From: Acidobacteriota bacterium
Lineage (GTDB): Bacteria > Actinomycetota > Acidimicrobiia > Spongiisociales > ZC4RG35
Direction: 5' to 3'
Assembly (NCBI GenBank): GCA_022573225.1
Contig: JACZUI010000001.1
Span: 112,883 to 176,882, forward strand
Length of the DNA: 64,000 bases
Part shown: positions 8,676-19,076 of the stretch, in pieces
Layout of the letters: the number at the start of each line of letters is the position of its first letter
Numbering within the stretch: position 1 is the first letter of the stretch
Translations under genes and position numbers: made by a program
The notes under the pieces: model-generated
What the model was told of the DNA's origin: nothing
Databases searched by the model: none
Seen by the model: the letters and a program-made list of their open reading frames with translations, nothing else

Positions 8676-9401
8676 CTACACATTCCGCCCGACGTCGGTC
8701 TTGATCGTCTCGAGGGCGATCTCGACCATCTCATCAAAAGTCTCCTGCCGCTCGTCGGAGGTCGTCGACTCACCGGTGCGGATGTGGTCGCTGACGGTGC
8801 AGATCGTCAGCGCCCGGCCTCCCTTCTCGGCGGCCACTCCGTAGAGACCGGCAGCCTCCATCTCCACGGCGAGGACGCCCATGGCCTCCATCCGGTCGAA
8901 AGCCTGTTCATCGGGGTTGTAAAAGAGGTCGGCGGAATGGACATTGCCGACCTTGACATTGATCCCTCTGGCCGCCGCGGCATCGGCCGCGGCCCGGAGC
9001 AGCCAATAATCAGCTGTCGCCGCATAGTCATAACCACCGTAGCGAATCCGATTCACTCCAGCGTCAGTACACGCCCCGATGGCGAGGATCACGTCGCGTA
9101 GCTCGACCGAAGTCGGAATCCCTCCGCAGGAGCCGACCCTGATGAGACGTTCCACCTCGTACTCGGTGATCAATTCGGTTGCGTATATCGAGGCCGACGG
9201 GATTCCCATACCGGTGCCCATGACCGAAACCGGCACGCCGTCATAGGAACCGGTGAACCCGAGCATGTTTCTCACTTCATTGACCTGTCGGACGTCGTCC
9301 AGGAAGTCCTCGGCAATGTGCTTGGCCCGGAGCGGGTCACCGGGGAGAAGAATCGAGGGGGCGAAATCACCTTTCTCGGCGGAAATGTGTGGTGTGGGCA
9401 T
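8676..9401 (-). CDS. deoD: purine nucleoside phosphorylase, DeoD type
   Basis: [30 protein letters not shown]...[14 protein letters not shown]...VGSCGG. Confidence 0.9.
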   Translation of the reverse strand: MPTPHISAEKGDFAPSILLPGDPLRAKHIAEDFLDDVRQVNEVRNMLGFTGSYDGVPVSVMGTGMGIPSASIYATELITEYEVERLIRVGSCGGIPTSVELRDVILAIGACTDAGVNRIRYGGYDYAATADYWLLRAAADAAAARGINVKVGNVHSADLFYNPDEQAFDRMEAMGVLAVEMEAAGLYGVAAEKGGRALTICTVSDHIRTGESTTSDERQETFDEMVEIALETIKTDVGRNV

Positions 9402-9439
9402 GCTGCGATGGCTCCTCGTGAGATGCGGTCGACCCCAAC

Positions 9440-11149
9440 CTATTCGATGAGTGTCGCCTTCCTCCAACCACGCACTGCATTTGTCACCGCGAGCTCGTCT
9501 GCTCCGGCCAGGTCGTCCATGGTGAGCCGCCCGGGTCGCACCTTCTTCTCATCGATCACCAGCTCGCGGTAGACGCCGGGCAGACATCCACTCTCAATCG
9601 GGGGTGTGATCCACTCTCCGTTCAACCGCACCATGAGATTCGATTGATTGGTCTCGGTTACGTCGCCGTCGAGGTTGACCAGGATCTCCTCGCCACCGTT
9701 CCTGGAGGTCGGATAATGAGATCGCTCCCGGGTCTTGTGGTACCAGAGCGGGCTCGTCGGATCCACCCGAGCACCCGAGAGACGCAGCGGTACCGGCTCG
9801 GGCTCATGTGGGATGGGTTCGACCTCAACGTCCACAGATCCGTCGTGCCCAAGGAGCAACCTGACCTTTACCGGTTCGCCGGACCGGACGCCTGACAATG
9901 CATCACGAACGGCCTCGAGATCGCACTCAATATTCCAATAGGCGGCCGAAGTCGTGAGTCGATTGATGTGCCTGTCCAACAATGGAATGCCGCCATCGGG
10001 CTCGAATCGCATCGTCTCAATCAGGTCGGGCATGCGGCTCGGCTGAGTGACGACGAGAGCCTTCCAGAGACACTCGTCGTACTCGGTGCCGGCCAGGGAG
10101 TCATAGGTGATCCCACCACCCACGTGATAGTTGAACGCTCCGTCGGAGACGACGCCGGTTCTGATGGCGACCGAAAACTCGAACGACTCCCCGCCAGGGG
10201 CCAGATACCCGATGGCCCCGCAGTAGACACCACGGGGCACATCCTCGTGGGCGGCGATGATCCCCATGGTCGATGCCTTGGGGGCGCCGGTGACCGACCC
10301 CGACGGGAAACATGCGGTGAACAGATCGGCCAAGCCGACCTCGTCCGCGAGCGTTGCGGTCACCGTCGAAGTGAGCTGCCAAACCGTCGGGTGGCTCTCG
10401 ACCGAGAAGAGTTGTGGCACCTCCACCGAGCCGATCTCGGCGATCCGACCCAGGTCGTTGCGAATCAAGTCGACGATCATCACGTTTCCCGCCCGCTCCT
10501 TGGCCGAGGCCACCAACCTCGTGGCCTGGTCGAGGTCCTCTTCCGCCCAGCGGCCTCTCGGAGCAGTCCCCTTCATTGGTTCGGCAACGACATCACGCCC
10601 GCTGACTCGGAGAAAGAGCTCCGGTGCGACCGACAACACGGAGACGTCACCCAAGTCGATGTGAGCACCGAACGACGCCGGTTGCGCGTCGAGCATCGCG
10701 TCGAACAGACCGAGAGAATCACCTTCCATGGTCGCGGACATGGGAAAGGTGAGATTCACTTGGTAGGTGTCGCCCGCCCTGATCGACTCCCGGATGGCGG
10801 CGACCCGGTCACTGTGAGCTTCGGCGGACATTCCGGCCCGCCATTCTCCAAGGACGAAGGTTGAACCGCGGGGACCGTATTCGGACCGATCGGCATCCTG
10901 GTACACACCAAACCACACCAGAGGAACGGACGATCCGGCGACGGTCCTGAGGTTTTCGTCGAACCCAGGCGCAGCCTCGTAAGAGACATATCCGACAGCC
11001 CACAGACCACTTCGCGCGGCTGTCTCTACCTCGTCTAGAGCCGGGCGAACCCGATCGGGCTCCGTTGCCGTGATGATGCGAATGGGATCGACGAAGCGGG
11101 TCGGACCGACCGTCCATCTGCTTCCCGCCAGCGTCACTTCTCCCTCCAT
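9440..11149 (-). CDS. pabB: aminodeoxychorismate synthase component I fused to an aminodeoxychorismate lyase-like (class IV aminotransferase) domain
   Basis: The chorismate-binding part has [11 protein letters not shown] and AIRT. The C-terminal ~190 aa ([11 protein letters not shown]...GCLPGVYRE) resemble PabC. Confidence 0.8.
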   Translation of the reverse strand: MEGEVTLAGSRWTVGPTRFVDPIRIITATEPDRVRPALDEVETAARSGLWAVGYVSYEAAPGFDENLRTVAGSSVPLVWFGVYQDADRSEYGPRGSTFVLGEWRAGMSAEAHSDRVAAIRESIRAGDTYQVNLTFPMSATMEGDSLGLFDAMLDAQPASFGAHIDLGDVSVLSVAPELFLRVSGRDVVAEPMKGTAPRGRWAEEDLDQATRLVASAKERAGNVMIVDLIRNDLGRIAEIGSVEVPQLFSVESHPTVWQLTSTVTATLADEVGLADLFTACFPSGSVTGAPKASTMGIIAAHEDVPRGVYCGAIGYLAPGGESFEFSVAIRTGVVSDGAFNYHVGGGITYDSLAGTEYDECLWKALVVTQPSRMPDLIETMRFEPDGGIPLLDRHINRLTTSAAYWNIECDLEAVRDALSGVRSGEPVKVRLLLGHDGSVDVEVEPIPHEPEPVPLRLSGARVDPTSPLWYHKTRERSHYPTSRNGGEEILVNLDGDVTETNQSNLMVRLNGEWITPPIESGCLPGVYRELVIDEKKVRPGRLTMDDLAGADELAVTNAVRGWRKATLIE

Positions 11150-11211
11150 TTCGTTAAGGCTAACGACGCCTCCGGGGCCGACCGGAGAGGGACGGTTAGG
11201 GTCGTTGCGGC

Positions 11212-11658
11212 ATGCCCGACCTGCCGATATTCCCAGCTGGTTCCGAACCTCTGATCGAGAGCCTCGAGCAGCGGGGCAAGACCAGGCTGCCCGGCATCCT
11301 CGACCTCAAGATAGTTGACATCAGCAAAGGTTCGGCCACGTTGCGATGCGTGATAACCGAGAAGCACCTGGCACTCAATGGGTACCTTCACGCAGGGTCG
11401 GTGGTCGCGCTGGCCGACACAACGGCCGGCTACGGGTGCATCGGTAACCTCCCCGAGGGCGGCACCGGGTTCACCACCATCGAACTGAAGTCGAATCACG
11501 TCGGAACTCTGTTGGAGGGCGCCATGGTTGCCAATGGAACGCTCGCTCACGGCGGACGAACCACCCAGGTATGGGACGTCACCGTCAGCGCCGAAGACAC
11601 GGGCAAGGCGATCGCCTTCTATCGCTGCACTCAGCTGATTCTGTACCCGCGTAGTTGA
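11212..11658 (+). CDS. PaaI-family hotdog thioesterase
   Basis: NGYLHAGSVVALADTTAGYGC, 148 aa. Confidence 0.75.
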   Translation: MPDLPIFPAGSEPLIESLEQRGKTRLPGILDLKIVDISKGSATLRCVITEKHLALNGYLHAGSVVALADTTAGYGCIGNLPEGGTGFTTIELKSNHVGTLLEGAMVANGTLAHGGRTTQVWDVTVSAEDTGKAIAFYRCTQLILYPRS

Positions 11659-11679
11659 ACGACACGTAGGCTCCTGACG

Positions 11680-12171
11680 ATGAACGAAAGATACGACTTC
11701 ATCGTCAAACTCCGCGCTATTCGCGACTACGAGGATCGCGGCCTTTCCGAGCCTGACCTGGAGGCAATTCTCGAGGCTGCCCGGTGGACGGGCAGCAGCA
11801 AGAACCGTCAGAACTGGTCATTCGTCGTGATCACCGGGGAAGGCCTCGATGGTTTGGCCGAGCATGGCGACTTCACCCAGCCAATCCGGGATTCGGCCGC
11901 GACCATCGTCCTCGTCCAGGAGGCCGGCGGAAACATGTTCGATATCGGGAGGGCGGCCCAGAACATCATGCTGGCGGCGAAGGCCATCGAGGTGGCCTCC
12001 TGTCCGATCACGCTTCATAGGGATGCCGACGCCAGAGAGTTTCTTGGGGCGCCCTCTGGCAGTGTCACCCGCTATGCGGTGGCCTTGGGCTATCCGGCGC
12101 CAACCGCCGTGCCGCGTCGCTTCGGAGGCCGCCGGTCGGCCCAGTCAGTCGTTCACTACGACCGCTACTGA
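11680..12171 (+). CDS. nitroreductase family protein
   Basis: 163 aa. Contains ILEAARWTGSSKNRQNW and AAQNIMLAAKA. Confidence 0.7.
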   Translation: MNERYDFIVKLRAIRDYEDRGLSEPDLEAILEAARWTGSSKNRQNWSFVVITGEGLDGLAEHGDFTQPIRDSAATIVLVQEAGGNMFDIGRAAQNIMLAAKAIEVASCPITLHRDADAREFLGAPSGSVTRYAVALGYPAPTAVPRRFGGRRSAQSVVHYDRY

Positions 12172-12269
12172 GCTTCGAACAGGGGTTGGTGTCGACCGGA
12201 TCGCTTGTCCGGTCACTGGAATCACCACCGGTAGACCCGTCATGGCCCGCCACTACTGTCACCCGGCAC

Positions 12270-13196
12270 ATGAATGAAACCCTCGTCAAAGCAAGGGGGC
12301 TCACCAAGAGGTTCGACGACCTCCTGGCGGTCGACGCGATCGATTTCGACATAGCCAAAGGCAAGGCGTTCGGTTTTCTCGGGCCAAACGGCGCCGGCAA
12401 GACATCGACCATGAAGATGATCTCGACGGTGAGCCCGATCACAGAGGGCGAAATGTCGGTGTTCGGTCTGGATCCAAGAACGCAGGGTCGCCAGATACGA
12501 CAACGCATAGGCGTCGTGCCCCAGGAGGACAACCTCGACGTCGAGTTGACGGTGTCCGAGAACCTCTATGTCTACGGGCGCTACCACGACATGAGCCGCC
12601 CGGAAATCCGGGAACGCACCAAGGAGTTGCTCGATTTTGCCCAGCTATCTGATCGAGCCGACTCGCCAGTAGAGCCTCTCTCTGGGGGGATGAAGCGCCG
12701 GCTCACCATCGCCCGAGCCCTGATCAACGACCCGGAGCTGGTGATCCTCGACGAACCGACCACCGGTCTCGACCCTCAGGCCCGCCACTTGCTCTGGGAC
12801 CGGCTCTACCGCCTCAAGCAGCGAGGGTCGACTCTCATCATCACCACCCACTACATGGATGAGGCCGAACAACTGTGCGATCGCCTGGTGGTGATGGACA
12901 AGGCCAAAATCGTCGCAGAGGGCTCACCGCGCGGACTCATCGAGGAGTATGCGCCTCGCGAGGTTGTGGAACTTCGCTTCGCGGACGGTCACAAGGAAGA
13001 TGCCGAGTCGAAACTGGAGGGGTTGGCAAGTCGCTACGAGGTGCTCGCCGATCGCGTCATCCTCTATACGGACGACGCCGACGACACCCAACGAGGCGTA
13101 GCCAGCAGGGGGCTCGACCCGGAGCAGGTTCTGGTTCGACGCTCCACTCTCGAAGACGTCTTCCTGCGCCTGACAGGCCGGAGACTCGACGACTGA
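12270..13196 (+). CDS. ABC transporter ATP-binding protein (DrrA/NodI-like)
   Basis: Walker A GPNGAGKTST, signature LSGGMKRRL and Walker B LVILDEPTTGLD. The ATG at 12270 is preferred over the long upstream extension. Confidence 0.9.
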   Translation: MNETLVKARGLTKRFDDLLAVDAIDFDIAKGKAFGFLGPNGAGKTSTMKMISTVSPITEGEMSVFGLDPRTQGRQIRQRIGVVPQEDNLDVELTVSENLYVYGRYHDMSRPEIRERTKELLDFAQLSDRADSPVEPLSGGMKRRLTIARALINDPELVILDEPTTGLDPQARHLLWDRLYRLKQRGSTLIITTHYMDEAEQLCDRLVVMDKAKIVAEGSPRGLIEEYAPREVVELRFADGHKEDAESKLEGLASRYEVLADRVILYTDDADDTQRGVASRGLDPEQVLVRRSTLEDVFLRLTGRRLDD

Positions 13197-13984
13197 TGAC
13201 CGCACTTCGGGCCCCGCTTCGCTTCTTCGAGTCGCAGTTGGTCGCCTATCGACGCACCTGGCGCGGAACCGTGATCAGTTCCTTCCTCAACCCGATTCTG
13301 TTCCTGACGGCTATGGGACTCGGGGTCGGATCGCTGGTAGACGACGGAGCCGGCGATCTCGAGATTTCCTATCTCGCCTTTGTGGCGACAGGGCTGATGG
13401 CTGCCAATGCAATGCAGAACGGCGCCGGTGAGGGAATGTGGCCGGTCAGAGCCGGGATCAAATGGCGGAAGAACTTTCACGGCGCCATCACCACCCCAAT
13501 CGAACCTGGCGACATCATCGTCGGCAGGGCCATGTGGACGCTGCTTCGACTCACAGTCGTACAGACCGTATTCGCCGTCATCGCAGTCCTGTTCGGCGCC
13601 CTCGAATTGGGGCCGGCGCTCCTTGCGGTACCACCGGCGGCCTTGACCGGAGTCGCATTCATGGCAGCGCTGACCGCCTTCACCGTCACCCGGGAAACCG
13701 ACGAGAGCCTGGCCAACATGTTCCGGTTTGTGATCCTGCCGATGTTCCTCTTCTCAGGCACGTTCTTCCCGATCAGTCAGTTACCCGGATTCCTCGAGCT
13801 GATCGCCTACGCGACACCGCTGTTCCACGGCGTGGAGCTGGTACGCAAGATCGCCCTTCCCGATATCGATCCGTCGGTGGTGAGCTCGATGCCCCTCTGG
13901 ATCCACCTTGCCTACCTCGTGGCGATGACGGTTCTCGGGATTTACTTCGGTTCGAAGTATCTCAGCCGAAAGCTCCGCCCATGA
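13196..13984 (+). CDS. ABC-2 type transporter permease
   Basis: MTALRAPLRFFESQLVAYRRTWRG..., six predicted helices. ATGA overlap with the ATPase stop. Confidence 0.85.
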   Translation: MTALRAPLRFFESQLVAYRRTWRGTVISSFLNPILFLTAMGLGVGSLVDDGAGDLEISYLAFVATGLMAANAMQNGAGEGMWPVRAGIKWRKNFHGAITTPIEPGDIIVGRAMWTLLRLTVVQTVFAVIAVLFGALELGPALLAVPPAALTGVAFMAALTAFTVTRETDESLANMFRFVILPMFLFSGTFFPISQLPGFLELIAYATPLFHGVELVRKIALPDIDPSVVSSMPLWIHLAYLVAMTVLGIYFGSKYLSRKLRP

Positions 13985-14790
13985 GCGTCTCGGCACCCAC
14001 CCGTATCACTCCGGTCGGTCGAATGACGCCGTTCCGCGCCCAGAGGATATGGGAGCGGAACTATCTCGTCTACAAGAGACTCTGGTCGATCATCGTCAGC
14101 GGCCTCTTCGAACCGATCTTCTACCTGTTCTCCATTGGAATCGGCCTGGGAGCTCTCGTTGGCGACCTGGAGGGCCCGGGAGGAGTGATGGTTCCGTACA
14201 CGGTGTTCGTGGCGCCGGGTCTCATGGCGGCCGCGGCCATGAATGGAACGGTCACCGAGACGACGTTCAACATCTTCTTCAAGCTGCGGTTCAGCAACAC
14301 CTACGAGGGGATCCTGACGACACCTATGACCCCACGCGATATCGCGATCGGTGAGATCGGCTGGGCACTGCTCCGGGGGGCGCTCTACGCCACTGTCTTC
14401 GTGATCGTCATGGCCTTCATGGGATTGACCCAGTCGTGGTGGGCCATCGCGGCCATCCCGGGCGCGATCCTGATCGGCTTCGCCTTCGGGGCGGTCGGCC
14501 TGGCAGCGACCACCTATATGAAATCCTGGCAGGACTTCGATCTGGTCCAACTGGCAACATTGCCTATGTTCCTGTTCTCGGCGACCTTCTACCCAATCGA
14601 CGTCTACCCACCCGCCATCCAGCAACTCGTCAAGCTCTCGCCGCTGTACCACGGTGCCGAGTTGCTGCGTGGCTTCACCCTGGGAGTAGTCGACTGGTCG
14701 ATGATGTGGCACGTCGCATTCCTGTTGATCATGGGTCTTGTCGGCGGCGCCATCGCAAGCAAACGTCTCACCAAATTGCTCAAGCCCTAG
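13981..14790 (+). CDS. ABC-2 type transporter permease (second subunit)
   Basis: MSVSAPTRITPVGRMTPFRAQRIWERNYLVYKRLW... ATGA overlap with the preceding permease. Confidence 0.85.
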   Translation: MSVSAPTRITPVGRMTPFRAQRIWERNYLVYKRLWSIIVSGLFEPIFYLFSIGIGLGALVGDLEGPGGVMVPYTVFVAPGLMAAAAMNGTVTETTFNIFFKLRFSNTYEGILTTPMTPRDIAIGEIGWALLRGALYATVFVIVMAFMGLTQSWWAIAAIPGAILIGFAFGAVGLAATTYMKSWQDFDLVQLATLPMFLFSATFYPIDVYPPAIQQLVKLSPLYHGAELLRGFTLGVVDWSMMWHVAFLLIMGLVGGAIASKRLTKLLKP

Positions 14791-14837
14791 TGCGACATCA
14801 CGAAAGTCTGTCGGCGTATGGCCAGTAGATGTAAGAC

Positions 14838-15746
14838 ATGACGCCAATCGCCCGCGACCCATTGTGGCCACGCGCAGACATGTGGCTGGCCGGTGAAGAC
14901 CCCGAGCCGGACATCATGGTTGTCGGTGTTCCGTCCTCAACGGCATCACTCTCGCCTTCACGCGCTGACCTCACTCCGGGAGCGGTCCGCGAGCGATTGC
15001 CCCGTTTCTCGACCTACCACAGCGAATACCAGGTCGACTTCGGTGACATACCAGTAGCCGACATCGGCAACTGGGCTGTTTCGGAACTGGGCATGAACGA
15101 GATGCCCGCCGCCGTAGAGGAGTTGGCGCGTCACCTTCCAGATACTCCGCTGACCCTCTTCCTGGGCGGTGACAACGCCATCACCCGGCCCTTGGTCAAA
15201 GCAAGATCCGAGGAGTTGATCCGGGTCGGGGTCATCACCTTCGACGCTCATCACGACGTCCGGTCACTCGTCGGCGGACCCAGCAACGGGAGCCCGATTC
15301 GCGGCCTCGTTGAAGAGGACGGTCTACCCGGCGCCAACATCCATCAGATCGGCATCCACTCGTTCGCGAACTCGGCTCAGTACCGGGCCTATTGCGACAA
15401 GGTCGGCATCTCAGTGACGACACTGCGTCAGGTCGAGGAGATCGGAGTCGAAGATGCTGTCGGCAATGCCCTCACATCCCTGGCAGAGCGATGCGACACC
15501 ATCTACGTCGACGTTGACATCGACGTTCTCGATCGGGCCTTTGCCCCGGCCTGTCCAGGTGCCCAACCCGGAGGGATGACGGTGCGACAACTCGCCAACG
15601 GGGTGCGTTTGTGCGGTGCCCACCCCAAGGTGTCGGCAATCGACTTCGTCGAGGTCGATGCGTCGGTTGATCCGAACGGCCTCACCCTCGACAGCATGGC
15701 CCATCTCGTGCTCACCGCCGTGGTCGGGTTCGCAGCGCGCCAATAG
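14838..15746 (+). CDS. arginase-family hydrolase (agmatinase/formimidoylglutamase-like)
   Basis: Metal-binding motifs GGDNAITRP, FDAHHDVR and DVDIDVLD. Confidence 0.8.
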   Translation: MTPIARDPLWPRADMWLAGEDPEPDIMVVGVPSSTASLSPSRADLTPGAVRERLPRFSTYHSEYQVDFGDIPVADIGNWAVSELGMNEMPAAVEELARHLPDTPLTLFLGGDNAITRPLVKARSEELIRVGVITFDAHHDVRSLVGGPSNGSPIRGLVEEDGLPGANIHQIGIHSFANSAQYRAYCDKVGISVTTLRQVEEIGVEDAVGNALTSLAERCDTIYVDVDIDVLDRAFAPACPGAQPGGMTVRQLANGVRLCGAHPKVSAIDFVEVDASVDPNGLTLDSMAHLVLTAVVGFAARQ

Positions 15747-15772
15747 AGACGCGGCAACCCATCACACACCTG

Positions 15773-16882
15773 TCAACCGCCCGACACCACCTGGTCGGCA
15801 TCCCGACCGAGCCGGTCGCCGTCTCTCGTCTCCAGGAACCCGTGAGGGAGTTTGACCGGACGAGGTCCGTGGGAATGACCCCGAACCATGCGATTCGCCT
15901 CAGGAGGAAAGGGAACATTCTGGTCAAGCTCGGCAGCCAGAGAGGCCACTTCCTCCACCGAGGACACTCGAGCGAAAGCATCCCGAATCCGAGGTCCCAC
16001 CGGGAAGCCCTTCAAGTACCACGAAGGGTGCTTACGGAACAGGCTGATTCCCACCCTCTCACCGAAGTGATCGACCAAAAGCTCGGCGTGTCGGATCATG
16101 ATGGCGGCCACTTCCCCAAGGTTCGGCGGCGGCGACTGCACGCGACCGGCGAAGGCATCAGCGAGGTCGCGGAACAGCCACGGCCGCCCCAAGCAGCCAC
16201 GCCCCACCACGACCCCGTCACAGCCGGTTTCCTCGACCATCTTCATGGCGTCCTCCGCGGTCCAGATGTCACCGTTACCCAACACGGGGATGGAAGTGAC
16301 GGCATCCTTGAGGATTCGGATCGCGTCCCAGTCGGCCTCCCCGGAGTAGAGCTGGCGAGCGGTACGGGCATGGAGGGCAACCGCCGCGGCGCCCTCTTCC
16401 TCGGCTACCAAGCCGGTCTCGACATAGGTGAGATGATCGTCGTCGATCCCTTTGCGGAACTTCACCGTCACCGGGATGTCACCAGCATTGGATACGGCCG
16501 CGTGGACGATGGAGCGGTACAAACCCCTTTTCCATGGCAGAGCAGCGCCTCCTCCATGCCGGGTGACCTTGCCCATCGGGCATCCGAAGTTCATGTCGAT
16601 GTGGTCGACGCCCTTGTCCCCAACCAGGAAGGCAACGGCCGCCCCGAGGGACTCAGGATCGGTCCCGTATAGCTGGATCGACCTCGGGTCCTCGTCGGTC
16701 GTGAAATCGGCAAGAGCAAGGGTCTTCTCATTTCGCTCGACCAGTCCCCGGGCTCCGATCATCTCTGAGACGTAAAGGCCTGCCCCAAACTCGCGACAGA
16801 GACGACGGAAAGGGGCGTTGGTGACACCGGCCATAGGCGCCAGGACCACTGGAGGGTCCACATGGATGTTGCCGATCTGCAT
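15773..16882 (-). CDS. dus: tRNA-dihydrouridine synthase
   Basis: VVLAPMAGVTNAPFRRLCREFGAG..DMNFGCP. Confidence 0.9.
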   Translation of the reverse strand: MQIGNIHVDPPVVLAPMAGVTNAPFRRLCREFGAGLYVSEMIGARGLVERNEKTLALADFTTDEDPRSIQLYGTDPESLGAAVAFLVGDKGVDHIDMNFGCPMGKVTRHGGGAALPWKRGLYRSIVHAAVSNAGDIPVTVKFRKGIDDDHLTYVETGLVAEEEGAAAVALHARTARQLYSGEADWDAIRILKDAVTSIPVLGNGDIWTAEDAMKMVEETGCDGVVVGRGCLGRPWLFRDLADAFAGRVQSPPPNLGEVAAIMIRHAELLVDHFGERVGISLFRKHPSWYLKGFPVGPRIRDAFARVSSVEEVASLAAELDQNVPFPPEANRMVRGHSHGPRPVKLPHGFLETRDGDRLGRDADQVVSGG

Positions 16883-16918
16883 TGTCGTCCTACAACTTAG
16901 GGCTTGCGCGACAGACCG

Positions 16919-17359
16919 TTAGCGGCCGACGTCGATTGAGGAAACGTTGTGGAGCCGCACCTGGCCATGAGCGACGAGCTCGCCGTCTTCCTCCCGCGTC
17001 ACCGTCACCTCCCACAACTGCTGACTCCGTCCCCGGTGAATGGGGACCGCCACTCCCAGGAGGACTCCCTCCCTGGTCGCCTTGATGAAGTCGGTTGTGT
17101 TGGACACTCCGACGGCCCCGGCCATGCCGATCCCTATTGCCCATCTCGCGGCACTCTCCGACGCCAGAGTCTCGATGAAGGTGCAATAGACACCACCGTG
17201 GACAACACCGTAGGGCTGGTGGTGGTTCTCCGTTATCACCAACCGCCCTGCGGCCGCGTCGGCCGAGACGTCCGTCAGCTCTATTCCGGTGTAGTCGACA
17301 AAGGTCGGGCGCTCATCAAAGGTCTTCTCCATCAGGACCCGCGACCGGAGGCAATCCAA
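16919..17359 (-). CDS. PaaI/hotdog-fold thioesterase
   Basis: PYGVVHGGVYCTFIETLAS, 146 aa. Confidence 0.7.
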   Translation of the reverse strand: MDCLRSRVLMEKTFDERPTFVDYTGIELTDVSADAAAGRLVITENHHQPYGVVHGGVYCTFIETLASESAARWAIGIGMAGAVGVSNTTDFIKATREGVLLGVAVPIHRGRSQQLWEVTVTREEDGELVAHGQVRLHNVSSIDVGR

Positions 17360-17374
17360 TTCATGGCGACAAAG

Positions 17375-17971
17375 CTAACCGGAACGCCCTTTGGCGAACA
17401 TCGACAGATCCGATCCGACCGCGTCAAACAGCCGGGGCAACAGATGTAGGGGCAAGCCGATCACAGTGGATGGGCTCCCCCACACTCTCTTGACGAAACG
17501 GCCACCAATTCCTTGGAGGGCATACGCACCGGCTTTGTCGAGGGGCTCCCCCGTAGCCACGTAGTCAGCGATCTCATCACCCGTCATTGCCAGCATTTCG
17601 ACCTCCGTCACGTCTACCAAGGTTCGAACGACAACCTCGTTGGAAGAAAGCGAGGCCACGGCCACGCCGGTCATCACATCGTGTGTATTCCCTTGGAGCC
17701 GCCGGAGCATTCCCCGAGCCTCTTCCGGGTGCGCCGGCTTGCCAAGGACCTTCCCTTCGTGAACCACCGCGGTGTCGCCCGCGACCACGACGACGTCAGC
17801 AGCCGCCAGCCCTTCCACCTTGGCGCGGGCGATCCTCTCGACGTAGAGGACAGGCTCTTCGTCGGGATACCTGCTCTCGTCGACATCTGGCGCGGAGATC
17901 TCAAAGTCGAGGCCGATCTGTCGCAGCAGGCCGGCGCGCCGCGGGGATCCCGAAGCAAGGATCAGCCTCAC
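17375..17971 (-). CDS. maf: Maf-like nucleoside triphosphate pyrophosphatase
   Basis: VRLILASGSPRRAGLLRQIGLDFEI...KAGAYALQG. The GTG start overlaps the upstream stop (GTGA). The long N-terminal extension in the ORF track is rejected. Confidence 0.85.
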   Translation of the reverse strand: MRLILASGSPRRAGLLRQIGLDFEISAPDVDESRYPDEEPVLYVERIARAKVEGLAAADVVVVAGDTAVVHEGKVLGKPAHPEEARGMLRRLQGNTHDVMTGVAVASLSSNEVVVRTLVDVTEVEMLAMTGDEIADYVATGEPLDKAGAYALQGIGGRFVKRVWGSPSTVIGLPLHLLPRLFDAVGSDLSMFAKGRSG

Positions 17972-19035
17972 TTCACCACCCTCCCGCGCCGGATTACATG
18001 GCGAGGATGCGCCAGCACACCCAAATCCTCCTCGGGGTTGGCATCGAACATCACGGCATCGGCCGCGGCATCGACCTCGAACGCGACCGGCCGACCCGTC
18101 GCCTCGAACCCGGAGTATGAAACCGCCCGGAGTGCGTGCTTCGGCGACAACCCCATCTCTGCCAGCCTCACGGCCTCCTGTCCGACTTGGTGAGTTCCAA
18201 CAGCGAGATCGGTTCCGGCGAGAATGTGCACTCCCGCCTCGACCGCCTCGGGAAGAAGCCGGGCAACGTTGGCAAGGCCCTCGGTGATCAATCGGCCACC
18301 CGATGAATGCTCGCCGAGCTGACGAATGACAGCTTCCATATTGAGAACCGTCGGCACCCATATGCCGCCACGGGATCCCAGATCATCCAGATCCTCGAGT
18401 TGAAGGAAAAGACCGTGCTCAATCGAATGAACCCCGGCTCTGACGGCCATCGATGGAACATCCCGCGCCATGGTGTGGACCGCCACTCGAGCACCGGCTG
18501 CCGAAGCGGACCGGACCGCCACGCCGAGCTGCTCCTCGGTGAAGTTGGGAAGCGGGCCTATTCCCTTCCGGGGCCAGTCTCCGATCAGCTTCACCCACCC
18601 TCTTCCCTCGCCGGCGGCCTGGTTCATGGCAGGGCCCACCTCCCCGGGGTCGATGATGCGACAAACTTCCGCGATATAGCCGCCTTCCACAGCATGGATG
18701 AGCCCCGCTGCCTCTATTTCAGGACGATCTCCCGGGTCAACCCGCTCGACGAGGTCAAGAACGGTCAGGTCACCCCACCCCTTGTCCAGGGCGAGCAGCA
18801 CACCGGCATCCAGAGCGGTCCGGGCACGCGTGATGGCATCTTCTAGATTGCCTGGTCGCGGGGCCATCGTCTCCGCAGCGAAATGGGCATGTCCGTCGAC
18901 CAGACCGGGCAACGCCCAGAGATTCTCGCCAAGCACCAAGTCGGCGTCTCCGACCGGGTCGGCCCAATTCCCCTCGATCATGTCGCGAGTAACGGTCTCT
19001 CCGTGCACTGACCTGAGAACAACCCGCACTCTCAT
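17968..19035 (-). CDS. metal-dependent amidohydrolase family protein
   Basis: GLVDGHAHF...AVHTMA...SIEHG...AGTD. Confidence 0.8.
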   Translation of the reverse strand: MRVRVVLRSVHGETVTRDMIEGNWADPVGDADLVLGENLWALPGLVDGHAHFAAETMAPRPGNLEDAITRARTALDAGVLLALDKGWGDLTVLDLVERVDPGDRPEIEAAGLIHAVEGGYIAEVCRIIDPGEVGPAMNQAAGEGRGWVKLIGDWPRKGIGPLPNFTEEQLGVAVRSASAAGARVAVHTMARDVPSMAVRAGVHSIEHGLFLQLEDLDDLGSRGGIWVPTVLNMEAVIRQLGEHSSGGRLITEGLANVARLLPEAVEAGVHILAGTDLAVGTHQVGQEAVRLAEMGLSPKHALRAVSYSGFEATGRPVAFEVDAAADAVMFDANPEEDLGVLAHPRHVIRRGRVVK

Positions 19036-19076
19036 GGCCGAGAATGTAACCGTAGAGAAGCACCGATAATGACGCC